DNA of 64,000 nucleotides from IMG/VR virus record IMGVR_UViG_3300029334_000002; one strand, written 5' to 3'. Positions 47,422 through 57,118 of the stretch are shown here, in pieces. Below the pieces are notes generated by a model. The model was not told the DNA's origin and did not search any database. It saw only the letters and a list, made by a program, of their open reading frames with translations. Numbering within the stretch: position 1 is the first letter of the stretch; each line of letters starts with the position of its first letter. The position numbers and the translations under genes are program-made. The stretch comes from a virus.

Positions 47422-47494
47422 ACGGGGTAGATGGGATTCGAACCCATGAATGCAGCAGTCAAAGTGCTGTGCCTTACCGCTTGGCCACTACCCT
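47422..47494 (-). tRNA. tRNA-Gln (anticodon TTG)
   Basis: Acceptor AGGGTAG/CTACCCC with an A1-C72 mismatch, 3-bp D-stem GCC/GGC, anticodon stem CAGCA/TGCTG with loop CTTTGAC, T-arm ATGGG-TTCGAAT-CCCAT. Confidence 0.6.
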
Positions 47495-47531
47495 CTATAG
47501 ATACCTATGAAGGTATCTATATACAGATTAT

Positions 47532-48632
47532 TTATACTGCATAATGCAATTCTCTACTTTTTGCTCTTATAAAAGTCATATATGCTGGTTTCATTTCTTT
47601 GATGATCTTTTCATCTTCTTCATTATTATAGTAATTATCACTTTCTAATTTAATATCATTTCCAGATACATAAATGATGCCTTTCTTATGATCAAACTCA
47701 CAATCAAGAACCTTACAAGAAGCATCTACATAAGTTCCTTTAAAGCAGAATTCCGGTTCAATCCTTGCACTTTTATCAAAGAAATCAATGGTCAATTTTG
47801 TGGTTGCCTCAGAACCATCTTCAAGATGTAGAGTGACTTCATACATAATACTGTTTAAATTAATAATATTTAGATCTTTGATTGCTGTCTCAAAAGGTTC
47901 TCCAAAGTTTAATTCAAATGCAATTGCTCTTAAGCAGTCATAGTTTAAATCCACTTTGTGAGCAAAAGAAATTACTTTTTCAATTTCGCTGTAATACTGT
48001 TTATCCAATTTGTCTTCTAAGTATTCTGTAATTTCAACATCTGACGGATACTCAAATCTAAAATGGTAGTGGAATCTTCCAGGTCTGTTTACTAAATAAC
48101 TATTTAACGAGTTGAGGTCATTACAAGTAATCACAAACATTTTCTTCCCTTGAGACAATCCATCAAACAATGTAAGCATTTCTGTTTGAGGATCTGCCAT
48201 GCCATCAGCAGCTTTAATACTACCAAATGTTTTATCAAATTCATCGAACAACACCATTACTTCCTGTTCAATTTCTTCAATAAAGCTTGCAATTCCAGGA
48301 ATATACGTGTCTACAATGATAACTGGTAAACCAACTTTTGTTGCTTCCACAGCCAATGTCTTTGCAAACAATGATTTACCGATTCCTTTATTGCCTGACA
48401 GGATAACGCCAAGGTTCTTTTCTGCTTTTGGAAAAGCCTTAAGAACTTTTTCAACCTTACTCATATGTACTCCGTAGGTTTTTTCTTTGATTTCTATGTC
48501 TGCATATTTTTCTAAAAAGAAACCAGAATTCTTTTGAAACCTCACAACATAATTCTGAGCCGGAAGCTTGTCGAAAGTTTCTAATGAATCGTCGTAAGTT
48601 CTAAATGTGTTTCCTACCTTAATAATTCTCAT
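47532..48632 (-). CDS. AAA+ ATPase
   Basis: Walker A SGNKGIGKS and Walker B VLFDEFDK. Confidence 0.5.
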   Translation of the reverse strand: MRIIKVGNTFRTYDDSLETFDKLPAQNYVVRFQKNSGFFLEKYADIEIKEKTYGVHMSKVEKVLKAFPKAEKNLGVILSGNKGIGKSLFAKTLAVEATKVGLPVIIVDTYIPGIASFIEEIEQEVMVLFDEFDKTFGSIKAADGMADPQTEMLTLFDGLSQGKKMFVITCNDLNSLNSYLVNRPGRFHYHFRFEYPSDVEITEYLEDKLDKQYYSEIEKVISFAHKVDLNYDCLRAIAFELNFGEPFETAIKDLNIINLNSIMYEVTLHLEDGSEATTKLTIDFFDKSARIEPEFCFKGTYVDASCKVLDCEFDHKKGIIYVSGNDIKLESDNYYNNEEDEKIIKEMKPAYMTFIRAKSRELHYAV

Positions 48633-48672
48633 TTTTTATTCTCCTGTTTTATATCATTGTTTATATCGAAAA

Positions 48673-49605
48673 TCAATGCCCTTTAACATCTGCTTCATGT
48701 AATAACATCACATCTGAAAACATCTGTTTTCCAATTAAATACTTATCTTTATTCTTTGCCTTGTTTGATTGCGACCATGATAAATAGGGATGCATATGAT
48801 AATAAATCAAATTTGCTGTATAAAAAGCATCATATATATCTTTTCCTGTAAGTGCACCGGAAAAATCAAAACATGTTAAACATTCATAAGCTCCAACACA
48901 ATGATGCTGATAATAGTGACAGTAATCATCCTCTTCACCTTTTCCATTAATTCTTGATTTAGTGAAAAGCTTTCCAATATCATGGAGACAGGCCGCCACC
49001 CATAAATTTTTTTCTTCTCTAGGTACTCCTTCTGAAACCTTTTTCAAATGTTCATAAAGAGTAAGAGAATGATGTGGATTCTCTTGATCGAAGTCACGAG
49101 CCATATCTATTAATTCTTTTATATCTTTATGATCATCTTGTACAACTCTAATTTCATTGAACCCTTCATGGTACATTGGTGGAGAAAATACTTTCCTCAT
49201 TCTTGTAATCACTTCGTCTGGAACTGAATTTTCCCTTTTTGAGTTATCCTTTAAACATTTTTCATACGTTTTCAAAAACATAATACATGTTTTATAAACA
49301 TGTTTATGAACTCCTTTTAAAAAATGCACTCTTCTTTTCTTTACCAAATTAGTAGCATCATAAATAACCGAATGCATTTTCAAATCTTCCAGTATTCTAC
49401 GATGCAGTTCTTCAAATACTTTACTGTTGTCTGCGTCATCATAATTATCTCCATACATTTCTTCTCTGAGTTTATCAGAAGAGTGCACTATATAATCAGG
49501 ATGAGTTTCTGAATACTCTTTAGCCCATGTACTTTTACCGGAAGCAGGTAAACCTACCAGCATAATTAATTCATTCATTATGTAATCTCCTCTATTTCTT
49601 TGCAA
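48673..49605 (-). CDS. Polynucleotide-kinase-like P-loop kinase fused to an HD phosphohydrolase domain (putative 5'-kinase/3'-phosphatase for RNA repair)
   Basis: N-terminal MLVGLPASGKSTWAKEY resembles the T4 Pnk kinase P-loop (GCPGSGKSTWAREF). C-terminal ACLHDIGK is an HD motif. Confidence 0.55.
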   Translation of the reverse strand: MQRNRGDYIMNELIMLVGLPASGKSTWAKEYSETHPDYIVHSSDKLREEMYGDNYDDADNSKVFEELHRRILEDLKMHSVIYDATNLVKKRRVHFLKGVHKHVYKTCIMFLKTYEKCLKDNSKRENSVPDEVITRMRKVFSPPMYHEGFNEIRVVQDDHKDIKELIDMARDFDQENPHHSLTLYEHLKKVSEGVPREEKNLWVAACLHDIGKLFTKSRINGKGEEDDYCHYYQHHCVGAYECLTCFDFSGALTGKDIYDAFYTANLIYYHMHPYLSWSQSNKAKNKDKYLIGKQMFSDVMLLHEADVKGH

Positions 49606-50213
49606 ATCTTCTCTGCTATTTCTTTAGATATGTACTTCTGATTAAAAAACTCTTGTCCAATATCTGATCTAATTCGATATTTTTGATTATCTAAATTAGG
49701 CCTCCCTTCCCCGTTTACAATTTGAGGTAATGAAGCTGTCTGAAGATAATCTATATAATATAGATCTTCTTTTATACTTCTTCGTTTCTCTCTAATTGCT
49801 TTTTTTATTTTATAGGCCCAATATCCAGAAGTAACATTCAGTTTATTAAATTCTATATAGTGATCAAGATCCTGAGATATAAGCTCCAGTTCCTTTAGCT
49901 GTTTTTCTAAAGGTTTTCTATTACCTAATATTTCTTTAATAGGCAATATGCTGTCATCTATTTTCTTTTTATAATCACCAATCTCTACAAGAGATTTATT
50001 CTGCTGTACAAAACCAACTCTCTCATCAACTGATGTTACTTTCCAAGGGGCGTATATGCTTAAATTTTTAGGAATTGTTGATATCCTGTTTAAAGCTTTC
50101 GGTACATTGTCAAACTTCTGAGCAGATTTTAAATCCACCACATGAGGAGGACTTCCATGTTTAAACACCAAATAATTTCCAGGATATTTTTCACTTTCTA
50201 AAACATATCTCAT
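49578..50213 (-). CDS. Hypothetical protein expressed from a consensus promoter
   Basis: ORF directly downstream of a TTGACA-17-TATAAT promoter and an AAAAGGAAGAGG RBS. Confidence 0.4.
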   Translation of the reverse strand: MRYVLESEKYPGNYLVFKHGSPPHVVDLKSAQKFDNVPKALNRISTIPKNLSIYAPWKVTSVDERVGFVQQNKSLVEIGDYKKKIDDSILPIKEILGNRKPLEKQLKELELISQDLDHYIEFNKLNVTSGYWAYKIKKAIREKRRSIKEDLYYIDYLQTASLPQIVNGEGRPNLDNQKYRIRSDIGQEFFNQKYISKEIAEKICKEIEEIT

Positions 50214-50238
50214 TTTCCTCTTCCTTTTGTGATATATG

Positions 50239-50286
50239 TATTATAACATACTCCGTATTCTGTGTCAACAAGTTTTTTACAAACTT
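50239..50286 (-). promoter_or_regulatory. Consensus sigma70/SigA-type promoter (TTGACA, 17 nt, TATAAT) with an overlapping inverted-repeat operator CAAGTTTGTAAAAAACTTG
   Basis: On the minus strand the -35 hexamer is at 50262-50267 and the -10 at 50239-50244, with an exact 17-nt spacer. A 7-bp-arm palindrome overlaps the -35. Confidence 0.5.
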
Positions 50287-50328
50287 GTTTATTGCTTGAA
50301 ACTGTTCTCCTTTCTCTTAACTTGCTCT

Positions 50329-50382
50329 AAGTATACCATAGTCATTCTACCTTGTCAACACTTTTTTTTACAAACTTGTTTA
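50329..50382 (-). promoter_or_regulatory. Second tandem promoter (TTGACA, 17 nt, TATACT) preceded by the same AAACAAGTTTGTAAAAAAAA element
   Basis: -35 at 50352-50357 and -10 at 50329-50334 on the minus strand. It lies within the last codons of ligA. Confidence 0.4.
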
Positions 50383-52393
50383 AAAATTCTTTTTCTGAAA
50401 TTATCGGGATACCAAGCTGCATAGCTTTCACATTCTTGCTACTCTTTGACAATGTATCATTATTAATAAGGTAGTTAGTTTTTTTAGTTACTGATCCTGT
50501 GACTTTACCTCCAAGAGACTCTATTTTCTCTACTAGAGCTGCTCTATTGGCAAACTCGGTGAGTGTCCCAGTAATACAGAATATTGCCCCATTCAAAACA
50601 TCTTTTACCGTCTCCTGAGAAATTTCTTCAAACTGGAATTCCGCAGCAAGCTCAGTTATGTATCTTTGATTTTCTTCAAAATAATTTTTCAAAGAAGAAG
50701 CTTTCGCAAAACCAAAGTCTTCCAAACATGTAAAATCATACTGAGAATCCATATCTTTAATAAAGCTATCAAAAGCTGTTTTTAACCCTTTTTCTCTTGC
50801 TCTCTTCTCTTCAACAATGTTTAGCTGCTTACTAACACTTCGACCGATTAAAGGTATGGACAGCCCATAAAGGAATTTAGGCAGAGTTGTCTTGCGGCAT
50901 TTTTCTATTGATTCCAGGATTTTATCAACCTTTTTTGCTCCTAGCCCTTGTAATGTCACTAACATTCCCCGGCAGTCTTTTAGATAAAATAAGTCTAAAG
51001 GCCCTTTAATAAATTCTTTCTCTATTAATAGACTCAGAGTAGATTTAGAAAGCCCTGTAATATCATGTGCTTCTTTGCTTACAAAAGTACATAATTCACC
51101 AAGAAGTTTCCCTTTACATTCAAGGTTCATGCACTGAAGCTCTTCTGTCTCATTTTCACCTGTAATTTTTACATGACCACCACAAATAGGGCACTTGTCA
51201 GGCACAGTAAACAATTTGTCACCGTTTCTGGTCAAATTCTCTGCGATCTGCGGAATGATCATGTTTGCCTTATATACCGTAATCGTATCTCCTACTGACA
51301 GTTCATAACTTTTGAAAATACTCACATTATGTAAGCTAGCTCTTTCAACAATAGTATCATCTATTTCAACCGGATCAAAAACTGCCACAGGTGTCAACTG
51401 TCCAGTCTTTCCCATGCTCCATTCCACATCTCTAATTACTGTTTCAAACTTATCATCTGCAAATTTATATGCCAATTGTGATCGAACATGATGTGATGTG
51501 TTTCCTAAGCTTTCACTATAATCAATATCATCATATGAAAATACGATTCCATCAATAGGAACATCTTTTTCTCTTGCGGTTTTTCTAAGTTCTTTAATAT
51601 TCTCTTCAATATTATCAACTTTTACCCAAGGGACCACTTCAAATCCTAACAGATCTAATATCTGTAATCTTTTCATGAAACTATTTCCATCTATTCCACG
51701 AACGGCCTTCCAAGCAATGAACTTGATTTTTCTTTCTTTTGTAACGGAGTTATCAAGCTGTCTAACAGAGCCAGCAGTTAAATTTCTGATATTCTTAATA
51801 CCATTATCTTTAATATATTTTTCTAATTCTTCACCAAAAAGTCCCTTTCTTTCTCCATCTTTTTTCAGATCAATATCTTTTAGCTCTTTAAGATAAGTAT
51901 AATGATGGATTTCCATGACAGCTTCTCCATCAACTACTACTTCATCTTTATAAGGAATTTCCTTTGGAAGATTTACAAAACTGTTTGCTGTATGTAAAAC
52001 ATTCTCTCCGATGATTCCATTCCCTCTAGTTTCTGCAGCAACCAATTTACCATCTATATATTTTACTGAAATAGTAAGCCCATCCATTTTTAGCATGGCT
52101 AATCCTGGCAAACCATTCATAAAACTTTCAACTTCATTTATATCCTTTGTTTTGTCTAAGGACAACATTGGATGATCATGTTCGACTTTTTCTAACTCAC
52201 TAACTGTTTCTGAGCCAACATTGATAGTGGGACTGTTGGCTAAAATAATACCTGTAACTTTCTCAAGTTCTTTAAGTCGATCATATTTTTTATCATATTC
52301 ATAATCAGAAATTAGAGAAGTATCTTCCATATAATACGCATGAGCATATATATTTAATTCTTCCACTAATTCACGCATTTCTTTTAAAAGCAC
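50342..52393 (-). CDS. ligA: NAD+-dependent DNA ligase LigA
   Basis: Adenylation motif LKMDGLTISVKY (KxDG), OB and zinc-finger regions (CPICGG), HhH repeats and a C-terminal BRCT domain (GAIFCITGTL...). Confidence 0.85.
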   Translation of the reverse strand: MLLKEMRELVEELNIYAHAYYMEDTSLISDYEYDKKYDRLKELEKVTGIILANSPTINVGSETVSELEKVEHDHPMLSLDKTKDINEVESFMNGLPGLAMLKMDGLTISVKYIDGKLVAAETRGNGIIGENVLHTANSFVNLPKEIPYKDEVVVDGEAVMEIHHYTYLKELKDIDLKKDGERKGLFGEELEKYIKDNGIKNIRNLTAGSVRQLDNSVTKERKIKFIAWKAVRGIDGNSFMKRLQILDLLGFEVVPWVKVDNIEENIKELRKTAREKDVPIDGIVFSYDDIDYSESLGNTSHHVRSQLAYKFADDKFETVIRDVEWSMGKTGQLTPVAVFDPVEIDDTIVERASLHNVSIFKSYELSVGDTITVYKANMIIPQIAENLTRNGDKLFTVPDKCPICGGHVKITGENETEELQCMNLECKGKLLGELCTFVSKEAHDITGLSKSTLSLLIEKEFIKGPLDLFYLKDCRGMLVTLQGLGAKKVDKILESIEKCRKTTLPKFLYGLSIPLIGRSVSKQLNIVEEKRAREKGLKTAFDSFIKDMDSQYDFTCLEDFGFAKASSLKNYFEENQRYITELAAEFQFEEISQETVKDVLNGAIFCITGTLTEFANRAALVEKIESLGGKVTGSVTKKTNYLINNDTLSKSSKNVKAMQLGIPIISEKEFLNKFVKKSVDKVE

Positions 52394-52650
52394 TCTTCTT
52401 CCTCCATTTTATACAATATAACATAATCTTTACCATGAACAAATTTTTCCCCTTCTCCAACTGGAACCTCTTCATAAAGCTTCGGCTCCAGTCTTATGTA
52501 GGAATCTCCGGTTTCTACTCTTACAACATCTCCCTCTTCATATATATTTTCAATTACAAAGTTCATCCACCCCATTTCCATGCCATTTATGTGACAAATT
52601 AATCCAATTCTCTCCTCAGTTCCAAAACATTCATAAAGTCTCTCTAACAC
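52384..52650 (-). CDS. Hypothetical small protein
   Basis: ORF coupled to ligA. Confidence 0.3.
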   Translation of the reverse strand: MLERLYECFGTEERIGLICHINGMEMGWMNFVIENIYEEGDVVRVETGDSYIRLEPKLYEEVPVGEGEKFVHGKDYVILYKMEEEECF

Positions 52651-52745
52651 TGCAATCCCTCCAATGTTCGAACGCTTGTTCGCTTATTATGTTTAAATAT
52701 TACCACACACAGCAAATTAAGTCAATCTATGTGTGGTATTATCTA

Positions 52746-53657
52746 TTATAAATAACTATAAAATTTATTTTTAAGAGTTCCTTTGCCATAAGAACTTATA
52801 TTATAATTTGAACTAACCATTTCAACATACTGGCTTTCAAAGATATCTTCCTTAGAAACATTATATTTCTTCATTATTTCTCTAAACTGCTCTACAATTC
52901 CGGCTGTATAGAGTCGAGGAATAGTCAGATACGGAATATTAAGCTCTTTTCTAAGCGCAATTAACCTATTTGTCAGTCTTAGATTTAAAGCTTCTAATGA
53001 ATCACTACGTGTATTATTCCTGGAGTTAACAATATTCCCCTTCATACTTAATAAAGAAGCAGTTCCAGTAAAAGATATATACTCCTCCTCTTGTGAACTA
53101 ACTTTAGCCAAGTCTACCAGCGTCTCTGACAAAGTTTTTTCCTCTCCGTTTTCGAAAGTAAGGATATTACCATTCAACTTACTTATTTTAGCTCTTAAAA
53201 GCTCACCGGGGGCTTCTGTTCTTACTCCTTCAAACAAAGCCAGAATTAAAAATTTATCAGAATAGTTTCTAATTTTAGAAATATCCTTTAAAACCTGTTC
53301 TCTGCTGGGACACACCGCTCTCTCCTTATTAAGATATTTCTGTAGACTTTCAATTTCCATATTTATTTCATCATAGTGATTTATGTTGTCTATAGATATG
53401 TTGCAGGAACAACACCAGTCAGCATATTTCCGTAAAACACTTATATTTTTCCTTAAGGCATTTATTGATGAGGCTGCAAATGTAGACAACAATTTATCTA
53501 TTTCAGAAAAAGTAAAATCACATAAGTCCTTGTTAAGTAAGTCCTCATAGTCTTCCGTTTTGTTAAAAAGAGCTTTCGCACTTTGTGGAGTTTGTCCGAG
53601 ATCTTCTACTACATGTCGCAGATATTCTTTCTTCCGTTCTTCATTATACATAATCAC
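52746..53657 (-). CDS. Hypothetical protein
   Basis: 303-aa ORF, no clear motif. Confidence 0.35.
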   Translation of the reverse strand: MIMYNEERKKEYLRHVVEDLGQTPQSAKALFNKTEDYEDLLNKDLCDFTFSEIDKLLSTFAASSINALRKNISVLRKYADWCCSCNISIDNINHYDEINMEIESLQKYLNKERAVCPSREQVLKDISKIRNYSDKFLILALFEGVRTEAPGELLRAKISKLNGNILTFENGEEKTLSETLVDLAKVSSQEEEYISFTGTASLLSMKGNIVNSRNNTRSDSLEALNLRLTNRLIALRKELNIPYLTIPRLYTAGIVEQFREIMKKYNVSKEDIFESQYVEMVSSNYNISSYGKGTLKNKFYSYL

Positions 53658-54862
53658 ACCTCCTCAAATAAAGCTTTTATTTTATTTACTTTCATGTTTG
53701 TAACACTATTAATAATCGGCACATCTTTTCCTAATGCACTTTCTATTTTTTCTGCACATTCATATGCATCCTTTGAGATAGATGAACCATATAACACTAC
53801 TGGCATAGTGGTGTCATCAAATACAACATCTGGATTATTCTCTTGAACTATCTTCAAAATATTTATGATAAATACCGCAGTTTTGATACACTGACTCCGG
53901 TTCATATTTTTAGTTTTAAGAATAAACTCCAATAATGAAAACAAAGTAGCTCTGTCTATTTCTCCTCTATGTGCTCTTTCAATTTTACCTCTTACTGGAC
54001 TATCCAATGTGTTGTTTAGTTTGTCAATAATTATATTAGTAGGAGACGACTTATCCATAGAAGCTAAGTAACTTTTAGAAATCTTATTTCTCTTATCTTC
54101 CTGCTCAATATACTGACATGCTTTGTCTTCTGTAAAATTCATGATATTCAGAATAAAATTAAACTGAAAATCAGGATTCTTAATTTTCGTGTTTATTGCA
54201 GCTCTAAACCGGTGAAAACCATCAATGATATCAAATTTACCAGAATTAAGTATCAATTCTGATCCAACAATATCAAAATCTACCTCTGGATCATCAACAT
54301 TGAGATTAAGAGTTAAAGCATTAGGTACAAATTCTCCCTTGCTCATTAAACCTTCAATAGCTTTTACTGATGAAGAAACTATATCAATTGTATATGATAC
54401 ATCTTGTCCTCTACGTCTCTGTTTAAGTTGACGCTGAGTCCTTGGATTGTATATTATAAGCTGGTTATCATAAAACTCTTTTAGTAAATCAATACTTATT
54501 TTTGTCACCCATTGATCTTCAGCTATCTCTATCACTGGACTTATTCTTATTGGATAAATATCTGTTTTTAAATAATCTGCCTTTAGGCTCGAAAATCTTA
54601 CTATTTCCTTATCAGAAAAATATGTTTTCATTTCCATATTTGTCCTAAAAACATTATTAAACGCATCAATAAGCCAATACATTTCATTGTCTGGAATTTC
54701 ATCTTTGCTTTTTGCTCCAATGATATACTGCATATATTCAATATCTGAGTATTCATATTTTTTCATAAGAAATTTTTGTACTTCTCTCTTGTAATATGAA
54801 TTTTTCTGGATTTGAGAAAAATACTTATCCAGTATCTCATACAGGTTTTCACTTCTTAACAT
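53654..54862 (-). CDS. ParB/sulfiredoxin-like nuclease-domain protein
   Basis: IIDGFHRFRAAI matches the ParB-N DGxHR motif. Confidence 0.45.
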   Translation of the reverse strand: MLRSENLYEILDKYFSQIQKNSYYKREVQKFLMKKYEYSDIEYMQYIIGAKSKDEIPDNEMYWLIDAFNNVFRTNMEMKTYFSDKEIVRFSSLKADYLKTDIYPIRISPVIEIAEDQWVTKISIDLLKEFYDNQLIIYNPRTQRQLKQRRRGQDVSYTIDIVSSSVKAIEGLMSKGEFVPNALTLNLNVDDPEVDFDIVGSELILNSGKFDIIDGFHRFRAAINTKIKNPDFQFNFILNIMNFTEDKACQYIEQEDKRNKISKSYLASMDKSSPTNIIIDKLNNTLDSPVRGKIERAHRGEIDRATLFSLLEFILKTKNMNRSQCIKTAVFIINILKIVQENNPDVVFDDTTMPVVLYGSSISKDAYECAEKIESALGKDVPIINSVTNMKVNKIKALFEEV

Positions 54863-54902
54863 TTTGCAACCTCCTTTCTTGTATTATATCATTGTTTAGA
54901 AC

Positions 54903-55910
54903 TTATTTCAATAAACTATTTACATATTTAGCAGCTTCAGCATTAATGGGCTTTCGAACGATGTATCTTTGTGTCGTGTCAGGTCGAGAATGATTCATTA
55001 ATTGCTGTACATATGCAATGTCTCCTGTCTGATCATATAATAATGTAGCAAAAGTACTTCTAAATTTATGAGGAGTAATATGTTTTTCAAAATCTGCGGT
55101 ATATGCCTTAACTAAATCTCTCACTGATTTGTCAGTGATTCTTGTTCGTCTGTTAGAAATAAAAAGAGCATTACAATCTCTTTTATTCAAAAGTTCTGCA
55201 CGTTTTATTACCCAATTTCTTAAAATATCCATACTATCATCATCAAGTTCACATTCATAAGTGTTTCTGCGCTTATCAGTAACCCTAATAATCTTCTGAT
55301 CCCAGAATATATCTTCCATATTAAGTTCTGTAAGCGCAGTAACACGAATACCAGTTACCATAAGAAGAGTAAATATAGCAAGGTTTCTTTCCTTCCATGC
55401 TTCTCTTCTTGCGTTGGCCCTTTTTGTACCAATAGAATTATCATTTATTCTTTCAACAACTTTTTTCAACTCTGCGGCTGTCATTACAACCTGTTTAAGC
55501 GGATCTTTTACAGAAACTCTTTTTATGCCACAATCAAAAGGGTTCTCTGAAATCATTTTTCTGCTTAACAAATAATCAGCAAATGATTTTAATGCCGTAT
55601 AAGTAGTTGCTTTAGCACTATCTGAACTATATCCTCCATCTCTTCCTCTTAAGCAAGAGAGATAAGAGTTTACATTGTCAATAGTCATTGCTCCATTACA
55701 ATCTTCTATTGACTCTATAAACCCGTTTTCTTTCAAATAGTTCATAAACCTAACAGCCGTCATAGTATAATTTTGCGCAGTAAGATATTCGCATGAATTG
55801 AATAGACCATTATAATAACCAGTGAAATATTGTGGCTTATCCCTAAGCAATGCTCTCATCTTGCTTTCTGATTTATATTTATGTTCTTCTCTTCCTTTCA
55901 TGCAATTCAC
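54903..55910 (-). CDS. Second tyrosine recombinase (XerC/D- or Cre-like)
   Basis: LMVTGIRVTALTELNMEDI (Arg box), HKFRSTFATLL (HxxR) and a Tyr in TTQRYI, with an N-terminal SAM-like core-binding domain. Confidence 0.75.
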   Translation of the reverse strand: MNCMKGREEHKYKSESKMRALLRDKPQYFTGYYNGLFNSCEYLTAQNYTMTAVRFMNYLKENGFIESIEDCNGAMTIDNVNSYLSCLRGRDGGYSSDSAKATTYTALKSFADYLLSRKMISENPFDCGIKRVSVKDPLKQVVMTAAELKKVVERINDNSIGTKRANARREAWKERNLAIFTLLMVTGIRVTALTELNMEDIFWDQKIIRVTDKRRNTYECELDDDSMDILRNWVIKRAELLNKRDCNALFISNRRTRITDKSVRDLVKAYTADFEKHITPHKFRSTFATLLYDQTGDIAYVQQLMNHSRPDTTQRYIVRKPINAEAAKYVNSLLK

Positions 55911-55911
55911 C

Positions 55912-56628
55912 TCACCATCTAAATTTGTGGTCTAATCCACTTCCACTAATTCCATGTTTATTTCTTTGTTCAAGGATTTCTTTTCTTACTTTTTCATGCT
56001 TTGAATGAAAATAAGCTGCTGCTACCGCCCACATTGTTATCAGTAGACTCAAACCAGAAAGTCCAGCCATTAACAGTACAAATGATATTATTCCTAATAT
56101 AACTATAGTCTTTGCATCAGACTCGTCCCAAACATCTACATGCTTTGCTGCCTTAGAATCAGGATCGCTTGTTTCCCCCCATGTCCATGGATTCGGCAAA
56201 GGTATTGGCTCATAGTCATCTCTCACTACAGCAATAGGGAATGGATAAGCTTCTTCCATTTCAAAATCTAATGAGTCTACTTCTACTCGGACAGTACAAT
56301 TGGGATGATAGTTCCAAACCTTATTCCCGGTTCTTACTACTTGAAAAGTTCCTTGCTGACCGGGCCTCAGTGCTTTTTCTGTCAGCTCAACTTCTTCATG
56401 TATAGGATATAGATTGAACCCGTATTTTTCATCCCAATTGTTTTTATTGTCTTCAGTAACTTTGAGCAATAATAAACCTGTATTTTGCTTTGCGTCTGTC
56501 ATTTGTACCGGAGGCCATTTAGCATATTCATGCGCACTTTCATAAATTTCTTCCAATGTTTTGCCAGGTACTCTATATGTCCAACCTGGCTTCATATCTC
56601 TTACTTTAACTTTCTTTCCCAAATTCAC
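55912..56628 (-). CDS. C-terminally membrane-anchored hypothetical protein
   Basis: Single C-terminal TM helix (IVILGIISFVLLMAGLSGLSLLITMWAVAAAYF). Confidence 0.35.
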   Translation of the reverse strand: MNLGKKVKVRDMKPGWTYRVPGKTLEEIYESAHEYAKWPPVQMTDAKQNTGLLLLKVTEDNKNNWDEKYGFNLYPIHEEVELTEKALRPGQQGTFQVVRTGNKVWNYHPNCTVRVEVDSLDFEMEEAYPFPIAVVRDDYEPIPLPNPWTWGETSDPDSKAAKHVDVWDESDAKTIVILGIISFVLLMAGLSGLSLLITMWAVAAAYFHSKHEKVRKEILEQRNKHGISGSGLDHKFRW

Positions 56629-56676
56629 CTTACCTTTCCTTGATACAAAAAGATGGCTATTTACAGTTTATAGTAT

Positions 56677-56880
56677 TTATGTAGTTTTTTCAATAGGTCT
56701 CCATCCTACAACACACTTATCTGTCCAATTCCTCCATTCATAATTTCCATATTTTCCTTTAACCATCATATCTCTTTTGATGCTGCCATCAGTCATAAGA
56801 ATTTCTACTTCCTTATACAGTTCAGGAAAGTCTCCCCATTCTGTGTGCCAACTCATATTTTCACCTTCTCTACCTTTCAA
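56677..56880 (-). CDS. Hypothetical small protein
   Basis: ORF only. Confidence 0.25.
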   Translation of the reverse strand: MKGREGENMSWHTEWGDFPELYKEVEILMTDGSIKRDMMVKGKYGNYEWRNWTDKCVVGWRPIEKTT

Positions 56881-56893
56881 TTCTATTTAGCAT

Positions 56894-57109
56894 TTATTTC
56901 TTATAGGGCTCACTGTTATATTTCCATGCTGTTATTTCTACTCTAACTTCATTGTCGGTTAACGACCAATACCAATCTCCATCATTTCTATACGCAAATG
57001 CATCACAATAAGGCTCATGATCGTTGTATCCAATATATGTTACTTGTACATCTTCCATATCATCTGGTAATAAACCAGTACTAATGGGAGTCCAACTATT
57101 ATTTTTCAT
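56894..57109 (-). CDS. Hypothetical small Trp-rich protein
   Basis: ORF only. Confidence 0.3.
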   Translation of the reverse strand: MKNNSWTPISTGLLPDDMEDVQVTYIGYNDHEPYCDAFAYRNDGDWYWSLTDNEVRVEITAWKYNSEPYKK

Positions 57110-57118
57110 ATTATTCTC

